NCBI GenBank assembly: GCA_041496385.1 | Contig: JBGQEL010000001.1 | Coordinates: 58,495 to 122,494 of the forward strand | DNA: 64,000 nucleotides | Source of the DNA: Candidatus Methylomirabilia bacterium | GTDB lineage: Bacteria > Methylomirabilota > Methylomirabilia > Rokubacteriales > CSP1-6 | Direction: 5' to 3' | Shown here: piece by piece, positions 8,908 to 17,856 of the stretch | How the letters are laid out: the number at the start of each line of letters is the position of its first letter | Position numbering within the stretch: position 1 is the first letter of the stretch | The notes under the pieces: generated by a model | What the model was told of the DNA's origin: nothing | Database searches by the model: none | Seen by the model: the letters and a program-made list of their open reading frames with translations, nothing else | Position numbers and translations under genes: made by a program

Positions 8908-10413
8908 GTGATACTTCGCGTCCTCGGAGCCCTCGCTCTCTTCGTGCTGGCCCCAGAAGGTGTTGTCGCCGCCGAGGTCTCCCTGCAGGAGGGACTTCTT
9001 CGCGCCAAGCCGGCGGTCGCGCTCGTCATCGCCGAGGTAGCCGCTGAGGTCACGTTGGGCTGCCCCGGAGGCCAGGACAAGCGCGTCTCGCCGCCGCCCC
9101 TGCGCGAGACCGGAACGGGCTGGTTCATCGCGCCGAGTGGCTGGATGATCACCAACGCACACGTCGTCTCGTCGGCGCACAGGCCCGGGCCATCGATCGA
9201 GCAGCAGATCGCACGCCGGGCCGCCCGCGAGGCATGCGGCGAGCTCGCCCCGCAGGCCCTGGCCGGAGCCGCAGCCCGGGCCAGGGTCACGTTCGATCCG
9301 TCGGTCTACGTGATCCTGCCCAACGGGGTCCGCCTGCCGGCCGTCGTCGTCAAGTACAGCCCGCCCATGGCGGACGCGGAAATGTCGGGACGCGACCTGG
9401 CGCTCCTCAAGCTCGAAGCCGCCGACATGCCGTCACTCGAGATGGCCGACTCGGCCAACGCCCAGATCGGCGACGCGATCCACATTCTCGGCTTCCCGGG
9501 CGTCGTCATGAGCCACGAGCTGTTGAACGCGTCGGCGAAGGTCGAGTCCTCGGTGACGAACGGGGCGATCTCGGGCTTCAAGCAGGACCGCGCCAACCAG
9601 CCGATCATCCAGACCGACGCGCCGTCGGCCTGGGGCAACAGCGGCGGGCCGGCCGTGACGTCGAAAGGCGAGGTCATCGGCGTGCTCACGTTTGTCGCCA
9701 TGGGCGAGGGCGACCAGAGCGGTGCCGTCCAGGGCTTCAACTTCGTGATCCCGTCCGCCGCCGTCCGCGACTTCATCCGGGGCACCCCGGTCCCCCTGGG
9801 TGAACCGAGCCGCTTCAACGCCGCCTGGCGCGCCGGCCTCGGCGACTTCTTCGCCGGCAACTACGCCCGCGCGGTGGGGAACTTCACCGAGGCGAACCGC
9901 CTCCTGCCCGATCTCCCGGACGTTCGGCGGTTGATCGCGGACGCGAAGAATCCGCCGCCCCGCCCGTTTCCGTGGGCGACCGTGGCGATCGGAATGATCG
10001 TGGCGAGCGTCGTCGGCTATGGGGCCATGCATGGCCTGCGCTGGCGACGCAATCGCTTCCGCATCCGCGCGTCCGAGGTTGCGCGGCTTCTGGAGAGCGT
10101 GGGCGAGCGCCCCATCGTCTTCGACGTCCGGGACGACGCCACCTACGCGCAGAGCCCGGTCAGGATCCCCGGCGCGAAGCACGTCTCCGCGCGGCAGCTT
10201 CAGGACGGGACGGGCACGCTCGACCTCGACCGGACGCGCACGGTCGTCGCGTACTGCACCTGACCGGACGAGGCAACGAGCGCCCGTGTGGCGCACCTCC
10301 TGCGGCAGGCCGGGTTCAAGGACGTGCGGATCCTCAAGGGCGGGCTCGGAGGCTGGGCCAATGCCGGGTTCCCGCTCGAGGCGAAGCCGGGGACCGCGGG
10401 CGCGCCCGCCTAG
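8908..10413 (+). CDS. Trypsin-like serine protease - TM - rhodanese fusion; probable selenoprotein (UGA 10261-10263)
   Basis: Triad TNAHVV / RDLALL / GNSGGP; TM helix; rhodanese domain continues in frame past TGA as YCT-U-PDEATSARVAHLLRQAGFKDVRILKGGLGGW to TAG 10413. Confidence 0.85.
10270..10299 (+). promoter_or_regulatory. Putative bacterial SECIS element
   Basis: GAGG...GCGCC-CGTGT-GGCGC-A-CCTC hairpin; loop G lies about 22 nt after the in-frame UGA. Confidence 0.65.
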
Positions 10414-11765
10414 CTCGCGATCTTTCGCGCCTCGCGCACGACGCGGATGACGAACGCCGCCGCGAATCCCGTGTAGGCCGTGGGATCGAGCAGGCGGTCC
10501 AGCTCCTCGGCCCCGAGGTGGGTGGCGACGCGCGGATCGCCGAGCAAGAGATCGCGGAAGCTCCCCCTGCCCTCGAACGCCGCCATCGCCGCCTCATAGA
10601 CGAGGTCGTGGGCGGTGTTCCGCCCGAGCCTCTCGCCGAGCCGCAGCATGACCGGCTCCGACAGGAGCAGCCCGCCGAGCTTGTCCAGGTTCTCCCGCAT
10701 CCGGTCTTCGTTCACCCGCAGGCCGCGCGTGACCACGAGCGACCAGTGCAGAGCTGCCGCAGCCAGGCACGCGGCTTCGGGAACGAGCACCCACTCGGCG
10801 CGGCCGACGCTCATGTCGCGCTCGTGCGCCGCCACCGTCGTCTCGAGCGCGGTCGCCGCCAGGCCACGAAGCAGGCGTCCGATCGCGACGATCCGCTCGG
10901 CATGCGCGGGGTTCCGCTTGTGCGGCATCGTCGAGCTGCCCACCTTGCCGTGGTCGAAGGGCTCCTCGAGCTCCATGATCTCCGACCGCTGGAGCTGGAT
11001 GACCTCGTTGGCGATGCGCGCGAGCGTCCCGCCCAGGAGCGCCAGAAGGGTGACGAGCTCCGCGATCGTGTCGCGTGAGGCGTGCCAGGCGATGAGCGGA
11101 ACGCCCAGGCCGAGACGCTCGAGCGCCCGTCGTTGCACGCCCTCGCCGTGGGGTCCGAAGCCCGCCAGCGTTCCGACGGCGCCGGCCAGCTCGCCGACGA
11201 ACAATCGCGGCGCCAGCTCGTCGAGCCGCTCGACCTGGCGCAGGCACTCGGCGACCCAGGTCGCCACCTTGAAGCCGAAGGTGATGGGCAGGGCATGCTG
11301 GGCGTGGGTGCGCCCGGCCATCACCGTCTCGCGGTGGCGCTCGGCGAGGTCGCCGAGCTCCTGGGTGAGGGCCACGAGGTCCCGCCGCAAGATTTCGTGC
11401 GTGGTCTTCGCCTGCAGGATCATCCCGGTGTCGAGCACGTCCTGGGTCGTGGTGCCCCAGTGCACCCACCGGCCGGCGTCGCCGGCGAGCCGCCCGAGCT
11501 CGCGCACGAGCGGGACGATCGGATGTGCCGTGACGGCGAGGTCTCGCTTGAGCGCCGCGAAATCCAGATTCTCCACGCGGGCCGCGCGCGCGATCGCGTC
11601 GGCGTCCTCGCGTGGAATCAGGTGCAGGTCCGCCTGCGCGCCGGCCAGCGCGGCCTCGACGTCCAGCCATCGCTGGAGCATCGTCCGCTCGTCCCAGACG
11701 GCGCGGATCTCCGGCGTCGAGAACTGGTCGCCGAACAGCTGGTAGTCGATGAAGTGGCTAGGCAC
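10410..11765 (-). CDS. Adenylosuccinate lyase / carboxymuconate cycloisomerase family lyase
   Basis: HWGTTTQD, AGRTHAQHALP, GSSTMPHKRNP signature. Confidence 0.9.
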   Translation of the reverse strand: MPSHFIDYQLFGDQFSTPEIRAVWDERTMLQRWLDVEAALAGAQADLHLIPREDADAIARAARVENLDFAALKRDLAVTAHPIVPLVRELGRLAGDAGRWVHWGTTTQDVLDTGMILQAKTTHEILRRDLVALTQELGDLAERHRETVMAGRTHAQHALPITFGFKVATWVAECLRQVERLDELAPRLFVGELAGAVGTLAGFGPHGEGVQRRALERLGLGVPLIAWHASRDTIAELVTLLALLGGTLARIANEVIQLQRSEIMELEEPFDHGKVGSSTMPHKRNPAHAERIVAIGRLLRGLAATALETTVAAHERDMSVGRAEWVLVPEAACLAAAALHWSLVVTRGLRVNEDRMRENLDKLGGLLLSEPVMLRLGERLGRNTAHDLVYEAAMAAFEGRGSFRDLLLGDPRVATHLGAEELDRLLDPTAYTGFAAAFVIRVVREARKIAS

Positions 11766-12096
11766 CGCTCGGCCGCCCGCCCGCGAGAAAGTGCATGTGG
11801 ACGTGGTAGACGACCTGCCCACCCTCCGGCCCGCAGTTCACGCGGAGGCGATAGCCCCGCTCGGCGAAGCCCTTCGCGTCACCGAGCCGCCGCGCCGCCA
11901 GCAGACAGCGGCCGAGGGCATCGACGTCCGCGGGCTCCATCGTCATGATCGACGGAATGTGTCGCTTCGGAACGATCAGGACGTGCACGGGTGCTTTCGG
12001 GTAGATGTCCTTGAAGGCGAGGACGGCCTCGTCCTCGTACTCGATGTCCGCCGGGTGCTGCCGGGCGATGATGCGACAGAAGACGCAATCGGCCAC
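11758..12096 (-). CDS. HIT family nucleotide-binding protein
   Basis: DCVFCRII, AFKDIYPKAPVH, GQVVYHVHMH. Confidence 0.95.
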   Translation of the reverse strand: MADCVFCRIIARQHPADIEYEDEAVLAFKDIYPKAPVHVLIVPKRHIPSIMTMEPADVDALGRCLLAARRLGDAKGFAERGYRLRVNCGPEGGQVVYHVHMHFLAGGRPSGA

Positions 12097-12165
12097 GGAG
12101 TCCCTCCTCGAACGCCCCTGCTATAATAGCCGAGCACAAAACCGGATTCGACGAAGGAGCCATCG

Positions 12166-12294
12166 ATGGGCACCTGCCCGAAGTGCAAGCTGACGATTCA
12201 CAAGAACGGCAACCACGTGAAGCTCGGGTCCACGTGGTACCACAAGGTCTGCCCCGGCCGTCGGGCCGCGGCGAAGGCGAAGACGAAGGCCTGA
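12166..12294 (+). CDS. 42-aa basic zinc-finger microprotein (LIM-like CxxC...HxxC)
   Basis: MGTCPKCKLTIHKNGNHVKLGSTWYHKVCPGRRAAAKAKTKA; AAGGAG RBS at 12154 and TATAAT at 12122; fills the intergenic gap. Confidence 0.8.
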   Translation: MGTCPKCKLTIHKNGNHVKLGSTWYHKVCPGRRAAAKAKTKA

Positions 12295-12304
12295 GGGGCG
12301 CGCC

Positions 12305-13738
12305 TCAGTCTGCCGGCCGTCTGAGGTACCGCCCGGACGGCCTTCCCCCCACCACACCGTTCTCGAAGACCACCTGCCCGCGTAGCAGCGTGTGTGTCGG
12401 CCACCCACGGACCCGCAGGCCCGCGAACGGAGTGAAGTCCTGCGCCGACTGGAGCACCTCCGGCGCGACGACCTGCTCGCGCTCCGGGTCGAGCACGACG
12501 AGATCGGCGTCGGCGCCGACCGCGATCGTCCCCTTCCGCGGGTAGAGGCCGAAGGCGCGCGCCGGATTCGCGCTGGCCAGCTCGCTGACGCGCGCGAGGG
12601 AGAGACCGCGGCGCGGCCCCTCCGAGACGAGGTACGGGTAGAGGAGCGCGGTGCCGCCGAAGCCCGGCAGCGCCGCCCAGAGATCGCGCCGCTTCTCCTC
12701 CTCGGCGCAGCACGCGTGGTCGCTCACGACGGTATCGATCCGGCCGTCGAGCACCGCCTGCCAGAGCGCCTCGCGGTCGGCCTCGGTGCGGATCGGCGGA
12801 TTCACCTTGCCGAGGATTCCATGCGCGGTCGCGTGGGTCAGCGCCAGGTGGTGGAGCGTGGTCTCGAGCCGGATGTCGAGGTGCGGATGCTCGCGCCGGC
12901 CCTGCGTGCCCGCGGCGACGGCTTCCAGGCTCGAGAGGTGGAGGAGATTCACCGGACAGCGCGTCGCGTCCGCCAGCACCATCGCCTCGGCGATCGAGAG
13001 GCGCTCGCTGAGCGGCGGCCGTGAGCGATGATAGCCCTCGAGCCCGGCGGGGCCCGAGCGTTTCACCTCCTCGATGAAGACGCGGATCAGCTCGGCCTGC
13101 TCGCAGTGGAGCGAGAGCGATACGCGCCCGCGCGCCCCGTGCTTCCGCGAGGCCGCCGCCACCTGCTCCATGAGGCGGTAGAGGTGCCCGAGGTCGTAGA
13201 CGTCCGACATCGTATAGTCGGCGCCCCGCGTCGAGTCGGAGGTGAGGTTCAGCCCCTTGTAGAACATGTAGTACTTGAACGAGCCGACGCCCTGCTCGCC
13301 GACGAGCCAGTCCACCTCGTCGAGCTGCGCCGACGTCATGACACCGATGTGGTAGCCGAAGTCGGTGTGCGCGTGCCCCACGGTTGCCGCCACGACCTCC
13401 GGGAAGATCGTGCAGTACGGCCCGCTCTTGTTCAGGTAGTGCTGGCCCGTGCGGAAGTAGCTGAGCACCGTCGTCACGCCGCCAGCGAGCGCCGACCGTG
13501 TCTCGCTCTCCGCGTCGAGCGCGAGGTCGCGGTAGATACCGATGTGGAAGTGGGAGTCGACCGCGCCGGGGAGCACGAGCCTGCCCCGAGCGTCGATCAC
13601 CCGCTCGGCGTCGCCCGGCGCGATGGCATCGGCGAGCGCGGCGATGCGGCCGCCCCGCACCGCGACGTCGCAGCGTAGCGCGCCGAGGTAGGGAACGACG
13701 ACGGTGCCGTCGAGAATCGCGACGTCGTACCGGGCCAT
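12305..13738 (-). CDS. Cyclic amidohydrolase (dihydroorotase/allantoinase family)
   Basis: PGAVDSHFH, GGVTT, KVNPPIR, SDHA, KGTIAVGADADL. Confidence 0.9.
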   Translation of the reverse strand: MARYDVAILDGTVVVPYLGALRCDVAVRGGRIAALADAIAPGDAERVIDARGRLVLPGAVDSHFHIGIYRDLALDAESETRSALAGGVTTVLSYFRTGQHYLNKSGPYCTIFPEVVAATVGHAHTDFGYHIGVMTSAQLDEVDWLVGEQGVGSFKYYMFYKGLNLTSDSTRGADYTMSDVYDLGHLYRLMEQVAAASRKHGARGRVSLSLHCEQAELIRVFIEEVKRSGPAGLEGYHRSRPPLSERLSIAEAMVLADATRCPVNLLHLSSLEAVAAGTQGRREHPHLDIRLETTLHHLALTHATAHGILGKVNPPIRTEADREALWQAVLDGRIDTVVSDHACCAEEEKRRDLWAALPGFGGTALLYPYLVSEGPRRGLSLARVSELASANPARAFGLYPRKGTIAVGADADLVVLDPEREQVVAPEVLQSAQDFTPFAGLRVRGWPTHTLLRGQVVFENGVVGGRPSGRYLRRPAD

Positions 13739-13774
13739 GGGCGCGATCGGCTCGTCGGCGGTGGCCGGAGGCCG

Positions 13775-15205
13775 CTAGGACGCGGGGCGGCGCAGGATCG
13801 CGCCGTCGATCTTGCGGGTGAGGAGGCGCCCGTCGCTCGTCGTCCCGAGCAGCCGGCCGGCATCCGCGATCACGCGCCCGCGCAACAGCGTCGTCACCGG
13901 CCAGCCCGTGACCTCCCAGCCCTCCCAGGGGCTGTAGTCGGTCACGTGGAAGTCCTCGCGGGCGAGCTTCTTGGTCGTCGTGGGGTCGATGAGCACGAGA
14001 TCCGCGTCGCCACCCGGCGCGATCGCGCCCTTGCGCGGATAGAGACCGAAGATCCGCGCGGCGTTCGCGGACGTGATGTCCACGAAGCGCGGGAGCGACA
14101 TCCCCCGCTTCACGACGCCCTCGCTGTACGCGATGCCTAGCCGCGCCTCGGCGCCCACGTTGCCGCCGGTGACGTCGTCGATCCGCCTGCCCCTGAGCTT
14201 GATCGCCAGCGAGGTCGGGTACTCGTCGGTCGCGAGCGTCGAGAGGCCGTCGCGCACGAGCCCGTCCCAGAGCGCCGCCTGGTCCTCGGGGAACTTCAGC
14301 GACGGATAGGTGTGGGAGCAGAAGCCGCGCGGTGTCGCGTAGTACTCGGCGTTGAAGCAGCAGTACTGGTGGAGCGTCTCGCCGTAGATCGGCAGTCCCT
14401 GGGCGCGCGCCTCGGCGATCGTCTCCACGCCCTCCTTCGCCGAGGTGTGCACGAAGTAGACCGCGCTGCTGGTGGCCCGGGCGAGCGCGATCGTCCGGCG
14501 GAACGCCAGCAGCTCGGAGAGCTTCGTGTGCACCAGGTGGAGATTCGTGCCCTCGGTCCGTCCCTCGGCGCGGAACCGCTCGTAGTTGAACTGGACGAGG
14601 TCCTCGTCCTCGCCGTGGACGACCATCAGGCCGCCGTTCGGGGCGACCTTTTCCATCGCGAAGCCGATACGCCCGAAGTCGAGCCGGTTCCCCTGCCGCT
14701 TCGGGTGGGGCGGCAGCACGTTCGTGGTGAAGACCTTGAAGCTCGGGAAGCCCGCCTGGATCGCCTCCGGAATCGCGTCGAAGACCGGCAGGTCGAGCGC
14801 GCCGCAGAGCGTGACGTGGAAGGCGTAGTCGACGTACGAGTTGCCCTTCCACCTCGCCGCGCGCTGCTCGATCGCCCCTGGGATCTCGATGCCGGGACGC
14901 ACGTAACAGAAATCGATGTGCGTCGTCGTGCCGCCGAACGCCATTCCGCGCGTGTCGTCCTCGGGCCCCAGCGTGACGCCCGGCTCCTCGGGGTGGCTCA
15001 TGATGGGATGCGCGAGGTGGGTGTGCGGGTCGATTCCGCCGGGCACGACGATCTTCCCCGTCGCGTCGAGCACGCGGACGCCCTCCACGGGGAGGCTTCC
15101 GCGATGGGCCACGGCGGCGATGCGCTCGCCCTCGATCCCGATGTCCCAGGCGCCGACACCTTCCGGGGTCACGACCCGACCATTCGCGATGACCATGTCG
15201 AGCAT
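13775..15205 (-). CDS. Dihydropyrimidinase/hydantoinase-like amidohydrolase
   Basis: PGGIDPHTH, GGTTT, SFKVF, KGAIAPGGDADL, DYSPWEG. Confidence 0.88.
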   Translation of the reverse strand: MLDMVIANGRVVTPEGVGAWDIGIEGERIAAVAHRGSLPVEGVRVLDATGKIVVPGGIDPHTHLAHPIMSHPEEPGVTLGPEDDTRGMAFGGTTTHIDFCYVRPGIEIPGAIEQRAARWKGNSYVDYAFHVTLCGALDLPVFDAIPEAIQAGFPSFKVFTTNVLPPHPKRQGNRLDFGRIGFAMEKVAPNGGLMVVHGEDEDLVQFNYERFRAEGRTEGTNLHLVHTKLSELLAFRRTIALARATSSAVYFVHTSAKEGVETIAEARAQGLPIYGETLHQYCCFNAEYYATPRGFCSHTYPSLKFPEDQAALWDGLVRDGLSTLATDEYPTSLAIKLRGRRIDDVTGGNVGAEARLGIAYSEGVVKRGMSLPRFVDITSANAARIFGLYPRKGAIAPGGDADLVLIDPTTTKKLAREDFHVTDYSPWEGWEVTGWPVTTLLRGRVIADAGRLLGTTSDGRLLTRKIDGAILRRPAS

Positions 15206-15242
15206 GGGGGGACGATACCACAGGCGCCTGCCGGCGCCGTCG

Positions 15243-16856
15243 CTACCGCGGGGGCGCCGCGCGCGGCGACTCGCGGAGGGAGGCCAGCACGTAGCCTCTG
15301 CCCTGGAAGCGCACGGTGTCGATGGGGACGACGTTGAGCGATCGTGCTGCCTCGCCCGTGACCTCGTCGCCTTCGGACAGCAGCAGGAACACGTCACGCC
15401 GCCCGTTCAGCGACTCCGCCGCGTCCAGGGCCGGCAGCCGGATCGACCGATGCGGCAGGTAGAACACGAGCGCCGTGGCGTGGTGGCGGTCGACGTAGGC
15501 GACCACGGCGTCGCGTGGCAGCCTCGCCGCGAGGCGCGCGGCCGCCTGCTTGACCGGATATTTTAAGTTTAAGACCGGGGTGTGGATCCGCGTCGCGACG
15601 ATGACGAAGATCGCGAGGGATGCGACGGCGACGGTGGCGGCCGAGGCGACCGGGCGCCGCGCGCGCAACAGCGCCACGCCGGCGACGACGCTCACGACCG
15701 CGACGAGCGCCGTCACCGTCATCTCCGGCGACGGCCCGAGCGGGACGTGACCGACTTGAAGAGGACCCAACAGGCGGAGCCCCGTCACGAGCGCGACGAC
15801 GCAGAGGCCGGCGATCGCCAGCGGGGTGGAGAGCATCCAGCGTCCGTGGGCCGCCGCGGTATGCCAGGCCCAGCCCAGGAGGATGGCGAGCGGCGGGTAG
15901 AGCGGGAGGAAGTACGCCTCCCGGGGATAGACGACCGTCGAGAAGGCCACGAGGACGACGCTCAGCCACGCCAGCGGAAGGAGGAGCCGTCCGGCGGCCT
16001 GTCGCCAGGACCGAACGAGCAACATCGCGATCGACGGAAGCCACAGCGTCCACGGGAGGAACCCTGCGGCGACGAGCAGAAGCGGGTTCCGCGTACGATG
16101 CTCCCCCAGCTCGCTGACGAACTTCGGTCCGAGCTCGCCGATGTACGCCGGAAAGCCCGGAGAGGTCAGCCACGCGAGTCCGAGCCAGAGCCCAAGAACC
16201 GCGCCCGCGCTCAGCGCGCACAGGGCGAGGGCGCCGCCGAGACCGCGCGGGCGCGCCCGCGCGGCCGCGAGCACGACCACCGCGATCAGTGCGGGAACGA
16301 AGGCGGACGGCCCCTTCGTGAGCAGACCCAGTCCCATCCAGAGCCCGAGCAGCGCCGCATCGGCGCGGCGGCCGGCCACGAACCAGCGCAGCAGACTCCA
16401 GCAGCCGAGCGTGATCCAGAGCGTGAGGAGCATCTCCATGCGTCCGGTCCTCGCCCACTGGAAGAACGTGAAGCTCGAGGCCAGCGCGGCGGCGGCCACG
16501 ATGCCGGCACCGGGCGCCACGAGGCGGGCGCCGAGGGCGTACGTGAGCGCCACGGTCCCCGCGGCCGCGATGGCCGAGGGTAGTCGCAGGCTCGACTCGC
16601 TGACGCCGTTCGGGGAGAGGAGCGCGACAACCCACGGAAAGAGCGGCGGCTTCGCCGGATAGACGCGCCCGCCGATGTGCGGGACGGCCCAGTCTCCGGT
16701 CGCGAGCATCTCCTTCGCGACGAGGGCAGGGCGCGCCTCGTCCCTGGACCAGACGTGCTGCGTCCCGAGCTCCGGCAGGAAGGCCACGAGGGCGGCGATG
16801 AACACCACGAGCGCCTTGGCCCGGGCGACCCCGACGGGGAGATCGACGGCGCTCAT
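15243..16856 (-). CDS. ArnT/PMT-like (GT-C) membrane glycosyltransferase
   Basis: DEAR..VAKEM..TGDW, KPPLFPW, RLPSA, LTKGP, YFLPLYP; many TM helices. Confidence 0.88.
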   Translation of the reverse strand: MSAVDLPVGVARAKALVVFIAALVAFLPELGTQHVWSRDEARPALVAKEMLATGDWAVPHIGGRVYPAKPPLFPWVVALLSPNGVSESSLRLPSAIAAAGTVALTYALGARLVAPGAGIVAAAALASSFTFFQWARTGRMEMLLTLWITLGCWSLLRWFVAGRRADAALLGLWMGLGLLTKGPSAFVPALIAVVVLAAARARPRGLGGALALCALSAGAVLGLWLGLAWLTSPGFPAYIGELGPKFVSELGEHRTRNPLLLVAAGFLPWTLWLPSIAMLLVRSWRQAAGRLLLPLAWLSVVLVAFSTVVYPREAYFLPLYPPLAILLGWAWHTAAAHGRWMLSTPLAIAGLCVVALVTGLRLLGPLQVGHVPLGPSPEMTVTALVAVVSVVAGVALLRARRPVASAATVAVASLAIFVIVATRIHTPVLNLKYPVKQAAARLAARLPRDAVVAYVDRHHATALVFYLPHRSIRLPALDAAESLNGRRDVFLLLSEGDEVTGEAARSLNVVPIDTVRFQGRGYVLASLRESPRAAPPR

Positions 16857-17014
16857 CGGTCCCGGCCACGCAGAGGCCCAGGCCGTCTCTCGCCTCGCCG
16901 CCGGTTCCGTGCTTCATCGATCTGCAGAGTCGCCCGCCTCGCCGCGTCTCACGCGCGCCCGTCGCGTCCATCTTCCGGACGCCTCCATGACCGGAGGCGC
17001 CCCGGACGCACGAA

Positions 17015-17041
17015 GACCGGGGGCACCACGCGCCCCCGGCC
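17015..17041 (-). terminator. GC-rich hairpin on the host side of the att repeat (possibly the original tRNA terminator)
   Basis: GACCGGGGGCAC-CAC-GCGCCCCCGGCC; G-U pairs favour the minus strand; only a short U tail. Confidence 0.4.
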
Positions 17042-17083
17042 TCCCGGCTTGACCTATCCGCGCGTCAGTCGCTGATATTGCAA

Positions 17084-17104
17084 ATGGTGGAGGGTAAGGG
17101 ATTC
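17084..17104. repeat. att core, tRNA-distal copy: ATGGTGGAGGGTAAGGGATTC
   Basis: Identical to 50271-50291; the phage-side flank CTACCCTC forms a dyad with GAGGGTA. Confidence 0.93.
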
Positions 17105-17202
17105 CTACCCTCACCGACCATTCTAACCTCGCGGAATTGCGCGAAACAGCTTTCTGTGACTCGGCCCGGAGCGGCCTGGAACGGCACCAAATTCCCGTTC
17201 CG

Positions 17203-17221
17203 CGTCCATATACGTCCACGG
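17203..17221. repeat. Putative integrase arm-type site CGTCCATATACGTCCACGG
   Basis: 18/19 identical to 50216-50234 inside the other prophage end. Confidence 0.6.
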
Positions 17222-17223
17222 CT

Positions 17224-17598
17224 GTGAAGCCCACCATCGTCTCGCTCGTCGGCACGACAGCACCACGGCGGGGCAGTCCCGAGTGGGCGGAAGCGCGCGC
17301 CGCGCTTCGCGAATGTCAGATCTGTCGGAGTCGTGTCCGGTTGGTCGTCGACCATTGCCACGAGACGCGGATCATCCGCGGCGGTTTGTGCAACAACTGC
17401 AACACCGGCCTGGGGATGTTCCGTGAGAACCCTGGGCTTCTCAGGAACGCGGCGACGTATCTCGAGCACAGTGGCCCGAACACCCGTGAGGAGATGCGCC
17501 AGTTCGACCGGCGTTGGCGCCGCGGCGTCGTCGACGCCGCCCAGGCCCGACTGCGATTGCTTCGTCCACCGGATCTGAGCGCGATCGGCTCATCATGA
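17224..17598 (+). CDS. Endonuclease VII-family (His-Me finger) nuclease
   Basis: CQIC...LVVDHCHET..IRGGLCNNCNTGLG..RENP..L..A..YL; start uncertain. Confidence 0.85.
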   Translation: MKPTIVSLVGTTAPRRGSPEWAEARAALRECQICRSRVRLVVDHCHETRIIRGGLCNNCNTGLGMFRENPGLLRNAATYLEHSGPNTREEMRQFDRRWRRGVVDAAQARLRLLRPPDLSAIGSS

Positions 17599-17798
17599 CG
17601 CGCCCCAAGCTCCCGGATCGCTGCCTCGTCAACGGCCAGCACACGCCGGGGTCACAGTGGGCGGCTGAGTGCCCGCTGCGGCCTGCAGGCGCTGGGCGCC
17701 AGCGCAAGGCCGACGAATCGTCGGCGCCCGTCCCCCCACCGCGGCCCCCCACGGTTCGTCGGTCCCGGCGCCCGCGCCAGGGGCCGCGGCGGGCCTGA
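17595..17798 (+). CDS. Small basic hypothetical phage protein
   Basis: ATGA overlap with the upstream gene. Confidence 0.45.
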   Translation: MTRPKLPDRCLVNGQHTPGSQWAAECPLRPAGAGRQRKADESSAPVPPPRPPTVRRSRRPRQGPRRA

Positions 17799-17856
17799 TT
17801 CCGGTGGGGCCGTCTACGCGCGCGCGCGTCGCGCGCGGGCGCGCATAGCCCCCCCG

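Noticed and set aside
10261..10263. True stop codon or pseudogene in the protease-rhodanese gene
   Set aside because: The domain continues intact in frame, the TGA is at a Cys-equivalent position and a SECIS-like hairpin follows; recoding fits better
17084..17125. Second tRNA gene at the left prophage end
   Set aside because: Only the 3'-terminal 20 nt match; no D or anticodon arm, so it is the att duplication
17817..17845. Alternating CG run upstream of the RadA-like gene (Z-DNA or hairpin)
   Set aside because: Short CG runs are expected at this GC content; no supporting context
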